This document shows, in pieces, positions 23,355 through 37,105 of a DNA stretch of 64,000 bases. The position numbers and the translations under genes were made by a program. Location: positions 137,702,001-137,766,000 of the forward strand of contig CM059429.1 of NCBI GenBank assembly GCA_030390025.1, given 5' to 3'. Source of the stretch: Squalus acanthias (Eukaryota). The notes under the pieces are model-generated. The model did no database searches, was not told the origin of the DNA, and saw only the letters and a list, made by a program, of their open reading frames with translations. Position 1 is the first letter of the stretch; every line of letters starts with the position of its first letter.

Positions 23355-26300
23355 GTCCAACTGAAAGAAGAACTGCAAGAGATTTCAAGAAGACATAGAC
23401 AGATGACAGATGCAGAGAAGTGTGAGGTAATACATTACGAGAAGAAAAACTAGGAATGGGAGTACATACTCAATGGAAAGATTCTGAAGGCGATTTTGTG
23501 GCCCCAGCCTCATTTGAATTTGGCAGATGCGCTACAGACACCAAACACACGTCCTGATGCAGCTTGCCGCTCTTCGATCTCAGGAATGTTGGCCTGCTGG
23601 AAGGCCGGCAGAGGCCCGCAGGTAGGTGCTCGGAGTGGGGGCGGGGGGCGATACCAAGGTGGAGTAAGAACGGGTTCACAGTATTTTTTTGGAGCCAGGA
23701 GGAGCATTCCTGCTCCTTTCGGATCCACCAAAAAAATTTGAAAATATTTTCTGGTTGTTTCCTGATTGGAACACCAGTACACACGGGCAGAGGATTCGCG
23801 TCGCAAGCTCTGGCCATGTGTTCCTTAAAATTTCAATCAGGGTCCTAACTACATCATCAAAACTACAAAAAGATTTTACAATTATATTAGAAGAGAAAGG
23901 GTAGTCAAGGGCAATGTGGGCCCTTTAAAAACAGACGGGGGTAATATTGCAAATGAAAATAAGGAAATGGCAGAATTGTTGAATAATTATTTTGTGTCAG
24001 TCTTCACAGTACAGGAAGAGGATAATATACCTGACACTCCAGGGAAATTAATAATGAATCAAGGACTGGAACTCACTAAAGTTAATGTAAGCAAGAAAAC
24101 AGTATTGGAAAAAATAATGGTACTAAAGACTGACAAATCCCCAGGACCTGATGGTTTCCACCCCAGAGTTTTAAAGGAAGTAACCATTTAGGACTGAGAT
24201 GAGGAGAAATTTCTTCACTCAGAGGGTGGTGAATCTTTGGAATTCTCTACCCCAGAGCGCTGTGGAGGCTCAGTCGTTGAGTATATTCAAGACAGAGATC
24301 GATAGATTTTGGGATATTAAGGGAATCAAGGGATATGGGGATAGTGCAGGAAAGTGGAGTTGAGGTAGAAGATCAGCCATGATCTTATTGAATGGCAGAG
24401 CAGGCTCGAGGGGCCAAATGGCCTACTCCTGCTCCTATTTCTTATGTTCTTATGTGAGGAAATTGCAGATGCTTTAGCTATAATCTTCCAAAGCTCTCTC
24501 GATTCAGGAATTGTCCCTTTAGATTGGAAAATTGCAAATGTAACTCCATTATTTAAGAAAGGTGAGAGAGAGAGACACCAGGAAATTATAGACCTGTTAG
24601 TCGAAGCTGCTAGACCAGCACAGACTAGTTGGCTGAATGGTCTGTTTCTGTGTTGTATATTTTATGTAATTCTCTGTAACATCTGTTGTGGGGAAGTTAT
24701 TGGAATTTATATTTAAGGATAGAGTGACTGAGCATTTAGAGAAACTTGAGCTGATTAGAGAGAGCTAACATGGATTTGTAAAAGGTAGGTTATGTCTAAC
24801 GAACCTAATTGAATTTTTTGGGGAAGTAACTAAAGTGGTAGACAGGGGAATGTCTATGGATGTAGTTTATCTGGACTTCCAGAAGGCATTCGATAAGGTT
24901 CCACATAAGAGACTGTTAGCTAAAATTAAAACTCATGGAATTGAAGGCAAATTATTGACCTGGTTTGGAGATTGGTTAGGCAGTAGAAGACAGAGAGTAG
25001 GGATAATGGGTATATACTTGAATTGGAAGGAAGTGACTAGTGGTGACCCACAAGGATCTGTGCTGGGACTTCAACTATTCTTTATATTTATTCATGACTT
25101 AGATTACACAATAGAGAGCCATATATCCAAGTTTGCTGATAACACAATGATTGGTGGTATAGTAAGTAATGTAAATGGAAGGATAAAATTACAAAGAGAC
25201 ATTAATAGATTAAGTAAGTGGGCGAAACAGTGACAGATGGATTTCAATGGAGTTAAGTGTGAGGTCATCCATTTTGGACCAAAAAAGGGTATATCTGAGT
25301 ATTATTTAAATGGTGAAAGGCTAGGAACAGTGGAGGTCCAAATAGATTTAGGGGTCCGTGTAAAACGTAGCAGTCAGGAACAAAAATAATCAAAAAGGCT
25401 AATGGAATGTTAGCCTTTAGAACTAGTGGGCTAGGATATAAAGGGGAGGAAGTTTTACTACAGCCCTGGTTAGACCACATCTGGAGTACTGTGTACAGTT
25501 CTGGGCACCACATCTTAGAAAGGATATATTGGCCTTTGTAAGGGGGTCACGGTACTGGTGCGAGGTGAGGCCTTCGTTGCCTATACTATTGCTTGCTCTG
25601 GTCTCCGGCCAGACTTTTGCAATAAGCACCTGTGAGTGGTTCGACCCACTCACCCTTACGGTTCTGACACCTGGACTTAGATGCAAGGAGCAGTAATGCA
25701 GAGAAAACTCAAATAGACTCGGTTGAATAGCACGAAATGAATATCTTTATTGCATGGCGTCTAAAATCATGAAATACATGTCATAGGCGCAGATCAAAGA
25801 GAGTACAAGTATACACACGTTCATAAAACTTGGTCTATGGAAATGGGGAACACACGTCACATCGTAAAAAGGGGAACACATTATACATTAACCTTAGAAA
25901 AACCACCCTCCCTCGATATACCTAAACTACGTCTGGATTTGTAGGATCGGAAAACATGCTCACCACTCGGCTTACTTCGGAAATTTAAAGTGGGGCACTC
26001 AGCTCGTTTCGCTGCAGCGCCTGACTGTCACGTGGTTGTGAGGGTTTCTGCACCCCACTTGTTTACTCTCGCTGCCGCGAAAGGCAAGCCAGACTCCCTG
26101 ATGTCATGAAGTAATCGATGGATTCAAAGAAAACGGTACATGTAGTAGTCGGTAGAATTCAAAGATGAGTTCTGTCGTTATATCTTCGGGCGCGGTCGGG
26201 GTTTACTGACTGTGGCGGCACGTGGAATTTCTTCTCGTTTTTCTTCTCGTCTTTCTTCTCGTCACTCGGGCCTCCGGGTCCGGACACCGTTTACCGACAC

Positions 26301-27290
26301 TCGGGATGGTGTACCCTGTTACTTGCCCTATCGAGGCGGCTCGTTCCGATTGAGCTCCACCCAACACTCGAATAACCGACCAGCACGGCTAAGAGTCAAG
26401 AGTCAAAAAGAGTCCAGCAAGAGCTTCAGGAAGAGTCAAGAGAGAGGCCAGGAAGCGAGAGAGCGAATCAAGAGACCAAAAGTCAAGCCCCGATGGACAT
26501 TTGTCCTCTATAGTTATACTGTTATGTCGGCCTTATCTCCCGCTCAAATTTAAATGTTATCCTTTGTGTGATTTTGGCGCCCAAAACTCCCAGCATGGGG
26601 CGATTATCTTCTTAACGGGTTTCGGTAGCACCTGAAACTGGTCAACTATCCGTTAATGCCTTCTCCATTGTTGAGCCAGCCAGGATGTGTATGAATCGTC
26701 TCCTCGACTGGTTTTGGGGCCCCCCGAATACTGGCTTAACCACCCGCCAATGTCTCTCTCATTGTTGAGCCGGGGGGGTATTTGTGTATTGATGTGTCTA
26801 GATGGGTTCTCGATGGCCCAGTTCAATGATCCTTACTGTGCGTAGGAAACGATTCCAGCACTTATATCATTGCTATTGTCTAGGATGCAAACGGGTTGCA
26901 TCCTGCCTTATCAATGTGTACCGAGTATGATCCGATCTCATACTGAATGTATATTCGACGCCATCTTGTCTGCCCACTGTGTCTCTGGAAGCTTCTGCCA
27001 TGATGCGCGGCGGCCATTTTACAGGCTTCTGTGTCCTTTATTATCAGGACAGCATTTCGTTTAATAAAAATGATCAATTGAATCTGCTTCTCTCATGTTA
27101 TTTTGAATCGCGATAATTGCGAAACTCTACACCTTGGAAGGAGTGCAGCGCAGATTCGCCAGAATGTTACCAGGGCTCCAAGGGTTAAATTATGAGGAGA
27201 AATTCTATAAACTAGGCTTGCATTTCCTGGAATATAGAAAGTTAAGGGGTGATTTGATTGCGGTTTTTAAGATTTTGAAAGGAATTGACA
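23355..27290 (+). mobile_element. Older CR1 LINE(s) fragmented by nested insertions (MITE ~23487-23850, CR1 3' piece ~24184-24454, solo LTR 25537-27131)
   Basis: KSPGPDGFHPRVLKE, DWKIANVTPLFKKG, LDFQKAFDKVPH and KFADN motifs, colinear across the insertions. Confidence 0.85.
25537..27131 (-). mobile_element. Solo LTR, 1595 bp
   Basis: TGTA...TACA termini and a 4-bp TSD CCTT (25533-25536, 27132-27135) inside CR1 GATATATTGGCCTT|GGAAGGAGTGCAG. AATAAA on the minus strand near 25750. CpG-rich. Confidence 0.88.
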
Positions 27291-27689
27291 GTGGGCCAAA
27301 AGGTCTTTTTCTGTAAATATTTATATGATTAATTAAATAGCGATTGAGATGATCTCCCCCTCCCTGACCCAGGAATGCTGTGAGCAATATTTGTGTCCCT
27401 AATGCCTGCTCAGCTGAGATCAGCTAACTGCACAGACTAGAGAAGAAGAAGAAAGAACTTTACATAGAATTATTTAGAATCTACAGCACAAGAAACAGAC
27501 CATTTGGCCCAATTAGTTTATGCCGGTGTTTATACTCCACACAAGCCTCCTCCCACTCTAATGACCTCTTCCCGCCCTGCCCCCATGTCCCTCTGTTCAA
27601 TTCTCCCTCATGCAAAGGACCCACTGGTTCTTCATGGGCCAAACCTGCAAATACATAAAAAAGCATCAGTTAACAGAGAGAATTCTTCT

Positions 27690-29035
27690 GGACTTTAAAC
27701 ATAGCTGCTCAGGGCAGACAGCTGGCATGCTGCAGCAAACGGTTCTCAGCTTGTGTGGTACTGCCTCTGGTCAGAACGATGAGTAACGACTATCTGCTTG
27801 ATACAAGAGAGACATGTTCGAATGCTTCACCATCTCCAACCTGCTGGAGGACAGCTTGTCCTTGAAACTCCAGGGCTCTCTCTTCAAATGAGGTGAGATC
27901 ACGTATTCCTACTGGGCCACCTCCAGTTACATTTCTCTCCCTCTGATTGTGCGCTGACTTTTCCTTCAGTCATATTACCATGTGGGCAAGGAATACGGCT
28001 ATGCAGTGTGCGATGATGAACACTGGCAGGGTTGCGAGGTCAGGCATTTGGAGCATGAGGGAGGACTGACAGGAAGGATGTAAGCAGGGCATCATTTGCC
28101 CACATGTGATGAAGGAAGGAGTGTGTGGTGGGAGACATGATGGATGGTGCACACATTAGACGATGTTCTATAATGGGAAGGTGGAGAATGTCACAAGAAA
28201 ATGATGGGGGTAAAGTGCTACAACATGCCTTTGCTAACATAGGTAGATCATAAATAAAAGTGTCCTTACATCTGCCTGTCTTGCACCCCATGTAAGATCA
28301 TTGAGCTTCTTTTGACTCTACAGCCAAGTATAATGCACTGTGCTTCTCACATTAATGTACTCTGCCTCCTGTGCAGCATCAGGTGATTGCAGAGATGGTT
28401 GGTGGTGTTGTTGTTGGTGCTGCTGGTGTGCCTGGTGCTGCTGGTGGTGGGGTTCATTGTGGTCAAATTCTGAGGACCAAGGTGAGACAATATAAATGGC
28501 ACCCTTGCTGATGGAACAGATGGCAGGTCAAGTAGAGTTGACAGAAGCAATCTGTCAATGGTGAGAGAGGTTCTTCCAATGAGGTGACAGTGGATGGAGA
28601 CATTGCTGGAAACACTTGCAGCCTGCAGAAAGTTAAATCTGTGCTGGCAATGTAGTCAGCAACAGCGTCTGCCTGAGGAAAGTGATCAGCTGTGAAGTCA
28701 GAGCTTTTATAGTACATTTGATGCTGTCAAGTAATCAGCTGGAGCAAAGGTCACCCAACTCCCACCTCAGGTTGACAGACGTGATTCCCGAGCTGCGTGA
28801 ATCCCGTGGCCACACAGGGAAATTTGAAATGTAGAGGGGAAAGGCTGACAAAAAGCTTATAATGATTTCAATTAGGTCGCCCGCTTCTGCCGGTCCGGTC
28901 GCTGCCGCACCGGCAAACGCACCCAAGGGAAAGGCACTTGGGGGTGGGATGATGGTGGGATCCCGACCCGCTCTAACTTTTTTCAAATTTCCCACCCGAC
29001 CCACCTTTGGATATTTCAACTTCTACCTTAATCCC
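27690..29035 (-). mobile_element. Harbinger-type transposon remnant (Myb/SANT accessory gene fragment)
   Basis: Minus-strand frame at ~27830-27930 reads TGGGPVGIRDLTSFEERALE, typical of the region following the Harbinger Myb/SANT domain. GC-rich terminal region at 28790-29035. A similar remnant lies at ~37150-37950. Confidence 0.55.
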
Positions 29036-30204
29036 ATGTTTATGTCCCAATCTTTATTTCGCTCTCTGTAAAATTTATAAAAAGTAAATTATAATCTGTG
29101 CATTTTATTTCCTGGTTTGCTGTCTGTGAGAATTCTTCAATGTGATTGGCTGCTTGATCACATCACTGTTGCTGGACGCTGGAGATTCACTTGATTTGGC
29201 GCCAGATTCAAATTAACATTGGGAGAGCTGAAATGTACACCACAGAGATCGCTAGATCTTTGTGGGCAGCTTTCTTCAAGGTCAGTGGCGAGCGCTGTCG
29301 CTTTGCTGCTGACTGCAAATTTTGGGCCCGTAACTCAGGTAATGAATGCAGGCCTGAAGCAGGCAGTGAAGTCAACACTGCCCTTTTAAGGTGAAACAAG
29401 CCTTGCTGGCTTGCACTACAAACTGCCATTTCCTGGACATGTACCCACAGGCTGCGTGTCAAAGGCACATAGTGAACACCCAGTTCATGTAAATCATGGG
29501 GAGGTCAGCAAATTGCTGCATTCTTGCAGTGCTTCCCAATAACCGCACTTCTGACACACAACGCTACTGTTGCGCTCAATTGTGGCCTCCCCAACAAACC
29601 CGGCCATATAATTATAAATGAGAGAATAAAAATGCAAGTGTTAATGTAAAATAAGTCCATCAATTTGACTGAACTCAGTGAAACAATGTTGATTGAGGGA
29701 CAATGCTTCTTCTCAATGAAATGTGTGTTTCTCATGTCTCAGGAAGATCATTGCCTGGATTAAAACCGTCAATTATCTGATAATTTTCTTTGAACTACAG
29801 ATTGTTAACATGGTTCCACCTTCTCTGGTATTTCCTGTTGTGTAAACAAACACATTACATCCATAAAAGTTATGAGTAATGCTGTATATTAACCTTTGAA
29901 AGGCTGCAGATGAGTTGTTCTTTTGAATAAATGTTAAACATAGGTCCTATCTCCCTGTTGAAGTTCACATTGAAGATCCCAAGGCACTATCAAAAGGATA
30001 GCGTGTTCTTCTGGTGTCCTGGGCAAAATTTTTCCCTCAACCACCACCAAAATCAAATTAACTGGTCATTTATCTCATTTTGTGGGACTTTACAGTATGC
30101 AAAACAGCTGCCATGTTTATCTATGCAACTTGATAGGGTAACCTGTAGGTTTGGATAACCTTTACATGTATATTATAGTTGCATTAGAAGCCATGCTATT
30201 AAAA

Positions 30205-32400
30205 TGTTACTGTGACTGCAAGGCATGATGGGAAGCTTGACCAAAACCAGACCAAAGCGTAATGTCAGCACTTAACAGTAGCAGTAGTTGTAATAAAGTT
30301 TCTTCACGAAATCTTGAATCAGGAACAATGAACAAAGATAATGGTAGCTGGAGGCCGAATAAGATAAACAAAAACTGCAGAAAGGCAGAAGTAAGGACCT
30401 TGGGTCTGGGACAGTTGAGATAGCGGGAAGCATCTGCCAAAGCCTACGTAACCGGTAATTAACGGTTGATTATGTATAAATAAACTGCCACGACCATTGT
30501 AAATTTGAGAGACTTCGGTACACTGAAGGCTCTCCCCTGCATGCTTGTAATAAAGTTTCTCTCATATCGCAGCCTACCCATGACTCCGAGTGGTTTCTTC
30601 CACAACAACTTGGCGTAGTCGGCAGGATCCGCTGCTAGTACTGAAACAAGGGCACCGTTCTGGACCAACAGACAAAGTGGAGTGAGTACGTTAACTTATA
30701 CCACCCAGTAGTTAGGTCTGTGGGCACGGAGCGGTCCCTCAGACTATCAGGGATCTCGAACAATAGGGAGTCAGAATGGCTGTCATGTGAGAGAGAGAGA
30801 GGGCATCGTTGCAAAGTGGTTGTGGTCGCTGACGGCCAGGTGAGGGCCGGGGGAGAGAGCTTAACGGGTGTCTCACTGGGGATAGGAGACTCCCGCGATT
30901 TCTAAAGAGTTAAGTAGGTAAGATGGCTGAGGGGAAGCTGGGTCCTCAGGGATCCATAACAGAGTATTTGTTAAATAAACATGACAAGGTAATAAAGAGA
31001 ATGGGAAAGGAAGGCTGGGATCCTGAATGGGTTCCCGGCCGACAGAAAGAATGGTGGAGTAAGGAGAGCAAGAATAAGGAGGAGAAAACTGTAGTGGTTC
31101 TTTGTCAGGTCCACCTGAAAAATTTGTAAGATTGGAGCCACACGGGAGAAGGAAAAAGAGGAGTTAGTTGAGCAGTTAAAAAAGGTCGGCACCAAGTGTG
31201 CCACTGTAATGAAGGCAAGGTCATAGTGGAAGGAATGATGGTGAGGAGGTTGATTGGGATGATTTAGAAAGAGAGGCAGCAGAATGGGAGCGAGATGATG
31301 ATGTCATCCTCACGCAGGATGATAAAATGTTCGAACAACAAAATCAGATCGAGCTTCTGCAGTGTCAAATTGCCTCATCTGCTGCAATCATGTAGCAGCA
31401 GAGTGTAAACGTGGTTCAGGCAGGCTCCGCACTGCAGAATCTTGAGGAAGCCAGGTGTCAGATAGCCACCCTAACAAAAGATCTAATTTGCAGGCTAACC
31501 AATCTGAAAACTCAGCAAAGGAAGAAAAAAACTAGGGATTTGGAAAGCCAGGGAAAGCTGCTGAGATGCCAATTTAAAGAAAAAAAGGGGGAAAAAAAGA
31601 AAGAGAAAGCTAAAGTTTTACCGACATGGAAGTTATTAACGCCTGTGCTAAGACAAATAAAACACAAGATTGCTGAGTGAAAGGAACCTTAAAAAATGCT
31701 GGAATTTTAGTTTGTGTGAAAGTGTGTGTTAAAGTGTGAAAGTTTTCCTGACTATGGATGTTTAAGAAGTTACAGTATTCCTTTTGTCTGAAAGTCTGTC
31801 CTTAAAAAAAAGAAAAATGTCTGTTGTGTGTTTTAGCTCCACCCACTTCTCTGTGTTAAAAAAGTGTTTAACCCTTTTGTCTTGTTTTGGATTTTGGAAG
31901 TTTTAAGAATGTGCGAATAAGATTGTGCACCCAGAATTGAAACAAAACTTCAAACTACAATTTAAGTTAAGCTGGTGTGGATTAATTTTCAGTCTAAGAT
32001 TTAACCTTGGAATCGCGGTTGCTATGGTGAAATCTTCCAAAGCAATTTGTTTAAATGTGAAAAACTAATTTTTCTCCAGCTGTATTCAATGTTTTTACAG
32101 TCATTTGGAAAGGCATCTGAAGAAAGGACAATAAGAAATATGACATACTGTACTGTTTTCTGCAAGCATGTGCTATTCTGTTTTGTTTTATCTCTTCTGT
32201 TCGTGTTTAGTTAAAGTGTGAAAGTATTTTTCATTCGGGTAATTTTTAAAAAAATAAATTTACGTGAAGTGACGCAATTGCGTGCGCCTGACAATGTTTC
32301 GCTCCGCCTTCTTGAAAAACCTACAAAGGAGTTAACCCTTTCCACTGACAGCTGTTTAAGTTCACCAAGCAACAACTTTAGTATTGCTGAATGAAATTTA
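30205..32400 (+). mobile_element. LTR retroelement/ERV 5' portion: LTR (30205-30607), PBS, leader and decayed gag
   Basis: TGTT...AACA LTR termini, TATAAATA near 30475, AATAAA near 30549, PBS three nt after the LTR, gag-like start MAEGKLGPQGS at 30923 with stops and coiled-coil-like fragments. Left and right boundaries are approximate. Confidence 0.75.
30611..30628 (+). promoter_or_regulatory. Primer-binding site complementary to the tRNA-Ser 3' end
   Basis: TGGCGTAGTCGGCAGGAT is the exact reverse complement of ATCCTGCCGACTACG-CCA, the 3' end of vertebrate tRNA-Ser(AGA/TGA). Confidence 0.9.
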
Positions 32401-32949
32401 AAGATATTGGACATTATTAAATTTAAGTTTCTTAATTTTAAGTTAATATTTCCCCACAGTGACAGAAGGAAAATTATGATTTGATAAATTAACTCCTTGG
32501 GCTTTTAAACAGAGCCACAATAGATTCTCTGCTTTCTTTTGTTATATGAAAGTTACCTTGTAAACTAATTGTAGCACTTCTTTTAAAGCGCTAACACTGA
32601 GGAGTGAGGCGCTACCTCAGAGCGCTGGCGAAGCTCATGTGATGTCAGTCAGCAATGGAACACAGACACACTGGCGCCGGCCAGTTCTTAAAGGGGAGGG
32701 TCGATCTTGCTTTCCATCCACACCCTGATCATTGCAGCCTTGAATCTCGGCCTGGAGAGACCTGTACATCAAATCTGCTGGAAAGAACAATGGAGAGGCC
32801 CTGAGAAAGAGCTCAGAGTGCAGCCCCCATAATCTCTTCTAAAACAATGCAAGGAAGGTCAAATCAAAATGAACCTGCAAAGTGCTGCTCAGTACCCAAA
32901 ACTCCTTCACACAGCGTTGAATCTCTCCAGAAGTTTCTCTCTCAGAATG

Positions 32950-33293
32950 TGTGGTGCAAAAATATCGCCAACAAAAAAAGGCAGGAAGCGGTCGCCTTTA
33001 AATAGCGCTCCCCCAGTCTCTTCCCAACTGCAAAATGCTCCCCTCAACCTGTCATTGCTAGCGGCAGGCGGTAAGGCAGGGGGAGTCACTCAATATCCGG
33101 TCCGGGGCGCTACTGGGGCGTTGCACGCTCAACTGACGTCACGATCTGCGGGCGCAGGAGATCGTGGCGGTAATGTTTAGCGCCACTGCAAAATGTCTGG
33201 TCAATTTCGTGAGCGGCGCAAAAATCGTCACGCCCGGGCACTAGTTGCTTTGCACCCCAACGGGAGGCGCAAAGCAACCAAATTTTTCCCCCC
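32950..33293. mobile_element. Harbinger-like MITE fragment (family 2); second copy of the same end at 34213-34388
   Basis: 33139-33293 and 34213-34388 align and both end in CAACC(A/G)AATTTTTCCCCC. Confidence 0.7.
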
Positions 33294-34027
33294 TACAGTT
33301 TAAGCATAATCAGATACTACATGCGATTGAAATAGATACAGCAGACATACAACCCGTGACAGATGAGAGCGATCTATGGCCCTGGAACGGAATGAAACGA
33401 CCAGACGGATGGACAGATGGTAAGGCAGTACGGTGGTCCCGAATTGGGTGGATTCCTGCAGTCTGTGGCAGCGGTCACTTCCGTTGGATCAACCCTCGAG
33501 CTGTTGGAGGTGTTAGGCCGTCAGCCAGCATTGATCCACCTCAGAGGCTAAACGTGACCAAAGTGTTAGGCCATAGCCAGCATGTATCCACCTCAGGGAA
33601 GCCTTCGCCCCCTAACTGCCTGTTTTCCTTTCTCGGTCACCCGTTTTTATACCTTATTTCGATGGGCTGGTGAATACCTGGTGTCAATCATTTTTACCCA
33701 TCTCATTGTCCAATTACAAGGGAGAGGGTACCTCTGACATCCCCCCTCCCACCTTGCTGAGGCCAGCTATTTCCCTATCTCTGTTCTAACGGTCTTGTTG
33801 CCCTTTCAAGAGACAGCTTGTTTATCATTAAGGCTCCTTGCTAAATCCCTTATCAGCAAAGCTATGCCTTGAAGGCCTGTTTTTGTGTTCTGACCTCGTA
33901 ATTCAGCTCTCTGTACAACTCTTTTTCTGACATGACTGGAATCCTTCTGTGTCATCAACTTAGGCAAACTGCTGATCTAGGGAACCCATAACAGACTATT
34001 ATTTCTTCCAATCCACGATTCCTTACA
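33294..34027 (-). mobile_element. LTR of the same family as the ERV at the window start
   Basis: Begins TGTAAGG on the minus strand at 34027. 33610-33690 is the reverse complement of positions 1-80, including the TATAAAAA box. Adjacent CR1 fragment at 34030-34205 (minus). Confidence 0.8.
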
Positions 34028-34774
34028 ATGGGGACATTTATCAAAAGCTTTTTGGAAGTCGAGGTTACACCATGTCATAGAGTTTACCACAGTCCACTTG
34101 GATTGTCACTTCCTCAAAGAAGTCAAGGAGGTAGGTCAGGCAGGACCTTCCCCTTCTGAATCCACACTGGGTGGTGTTGAGTCGGCTATTGTTGTATAGA
34201 TGATCCTCAACTTCACGATCTGCGGGTGCAGGAGATCGTGGCGGTAGTGTTTAGCGGTGCCGCAAAATGTCTGGTCAATTTCGCGAGCGGCGCAAACATC
34301 GCTGCACCCGGGCGCTAGTTGCTTTGAGCCCCATTAGCGTCCTTTTAGGGCACTAACGGGAGGCGCAAAGCAACCGAATTTTTCCCCCATATTGCCTGAT
34401 GTGACTTTACTTTGAAAACTGTTAAATCCATTCATTAAACAAAGGATTAAGAGAAGATTGATCAGATATAAGGCAAATATTTTTGCAGAAGTCGAGCACA
34501 GCTGAATGTATTAGTCATTGTGCCACTGTGGTTTTACTCATTGGCTGGACATCAAATTGATTAACCGGTGTGATGATCATCATCCATGTTCCTGTAGCTT
34601 TTGAAGCTTTTCTGGAAATTAGATGAGTAAATCTCCAGACCAAGAGCCCTCCAGCCTGGCCTCGGGCATTGTGAATCCATTTGTGGTGAGAAGAGCTGAT
34701 CAGGGTAGCTACAAATGAACATGTATATTTTAATAAAGATAAACTTTATTCTTCTATTAATGTTCTTGTGCACT

Positions 34775-35495
34775 AGAGTAACTGTCTGAGACTGAACCAG
34801 ACTGTTCGCAACCTTGGTGTTGTATTTGACCCCACATATCTGCGCCATCACTAAGAACCCCTATTTCCACCTCCGAAACATCGCCCGACTTCGTCCCTGC
34901 CTCCGCTCATCTGTTGCTGAAACCCCCATCCATGCCTTTATTACCTCTAGACTTGACTATTCCAAAACACTCCTGGCCGGCCTCCCATCTTCCACCCTAC
35001 ATAAACTTAAGCTCATCCAAAACTCTGCTGCCCGTGTCCTATCTCGCACCAAGTCCCGTTCACCCATCACCACTGTGCTCGCTGACCTACATTGGCTCCT
35101 GGTTAAACAACGCCTCGATTTCAAAATTCTCATCCTTGTTTCAAATCCCTCTATGGCCTCGCCCCTCCCTATCTCTGTAACCTCCTCCAAAACTACAACC
35201 CTCCGAGATCTCTGCGCTCCTCCAATTCTGGCCTCTTGCACATCCCCGATTTTAATCGCTCAACTATTGGCAGCCGTGCCTTCAGCTGCTGAGGCCCTAA
35301 GCTCTGGAATTCCCTCCCTAAAACTCTCCGCCTCTCTACTTCTCTTTCTTGCTTTAAGACACTCCTTAAAATCTAGCTCTGCCTTAATTTCCTCTTATGT
35401 GGCTCGGTGTCAAACTTCGTTTGATAATCGCTCCTGTGAAGCACCTCGGGATGGTTTACTACATAACGGCGCTATATAAATGCAAGTTGTTGTTG
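34775..35495 (+). mobile_element. L2 LINE 3' fragment
   Basis: YFHLRNIARLRP, SRLDYS and LADLHWL motifs, with a (GTT)n tail. Confidence 0.92.
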
Positions 35496-35819
35496 TATAG
35501 CAAGATAAAGCTGCCAAACTGCTTTACATTTTCAAGCAGTTCCATTGAAAAACACTAGAAGGAGACATTTACATAGGTAAAAGTAGTGGTGGAAATGAAT
35601 ACCTAATAAGGGAATATTTCAGTTGAGGCAAAAAAAACATTTTTTTAAACAGAAGTGTGTGTGCACGTGTCAAATTTAAAGGAATATATTTGCCACTTTT
35701 TTATCACTTGTTGGCATATTGTATGATTTTATTCATTGTTGCAATAACATTAACTTATTATGGGGCTGATAGCAGTAACACACTCCTTGAAATAAATGTG
35801 ATTTATCAAGATGTTGTGG

Positions 35820-37105
35820 TGTCAGCCGTGACTCAGTGGTAGCTCTCTCGCCTCTGAGTCAGAAAGTTGTGGGCTCAAGACCCACTTTAGAGACTTGAGC
35901 ACAAAATCTAGACCAACACTTTAGTGCAGTAACGAGTGAGAGCTGTACTGTCGGAGGTGCCATCTTTCGGATGAGCCATTGACCTGGATTTTGCGGTCGG
36001 TGGCGTATCTACGGAGTATGCCGCCGGTATCCGAACAGAATGCACACTTACCTGATGGGGACCCTCCTTGGCGAACTTTCTGGCAGACGCTGCGTACTAG
36101 AGGGCAGCGTAATGGCCCACGGATCCCAGGGCCGCAGCGTGTGCGGAAGCGTACCGGGAACACGTGGGCCAGTTCCCCAATCAGGAAACAGAAGTAACAT
36201 GTATTTGGAGAATTGATCGTTGAAGCTTTCTCAGAGAAAGAATAAAAGGAAATAACAGGAAAATAATAAATAGATCCAAGGAAAAGAGGAGGCAGATTCC
36301 AATAGTTTAATGGCACTCAGGACAATCAGGGTGAAGTTCAGTTCAATTAACATCTGCTACATTTCCATTTCTTTTGAAGAAACACAAATTTAACCACATC
36401 CACTGTAAGTTATTAGATGATTCTGTGTGTATGCCTGTCAAATTGTGCTAATACTCCACATTTTCTCCGGCCCAAATGAGACACTCAGGTTCTACAACTT
36501 TATACGTTCCTGGATGTCATCTATTTGAAAAAAAAGCAATTTTTCTAATTCCAATACAGTAATAAAGCATCAGATGAAGAATTTTTATTAACGGGTATCC
36601 CCTTACGCTGTGGAAACAGGCCCTGCACCTGTTTCTACCAGCCATAATATTTTCATACATAATTGCTGGGCAGTTGGAGGGCAATTAGCCCAACTCTACG
36701 CCATGCAAGCGCATGCGGAAATCCCGAACTTGCTGTCCATTTCAAAGGCAGTATGACGGCGTCCTCTCAGAGTACGCCGTCATACCCACCGCAAATTCTG
36801 CCCCGTTTAAAATCGAGGTCCTGTCTGCCTTCTCAGGTAGATGTAAAAGATCTAATTACACTATTTTGAAGAAGAGCAGGGAAGTTCTCCCCGGTGTCCT
36901 GGCCAATATTTATCCCTCACCCAACATCACTAGAACAGATTATCCAGTCATTACCACATTGCTGTTGCTTGGACATTGCTGTTTGCGAATTGGCTGCTGC
37001 GTATCCTACATTGCAACAGTGACTACACTTCAAAAGTCCTTCATTGGCTGTAAAGCGCTTTGGGATATCCTAAGATCATGAAAGGTGCTATATAAATGCA
37101 AGTCT
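35820..37105 (+). mobile_element. Deu-SINE interrupted by a Harbinger-like MITE (35981-36804)
   Basis: The SINE core GGATGAG.C.TT|AAA.CGAGG is split. The insert has ends GACCTGGATTTTGCGG / CCGCAAATTCTGCCCC and flanks ATT/GTT. Confidence 0.8.
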
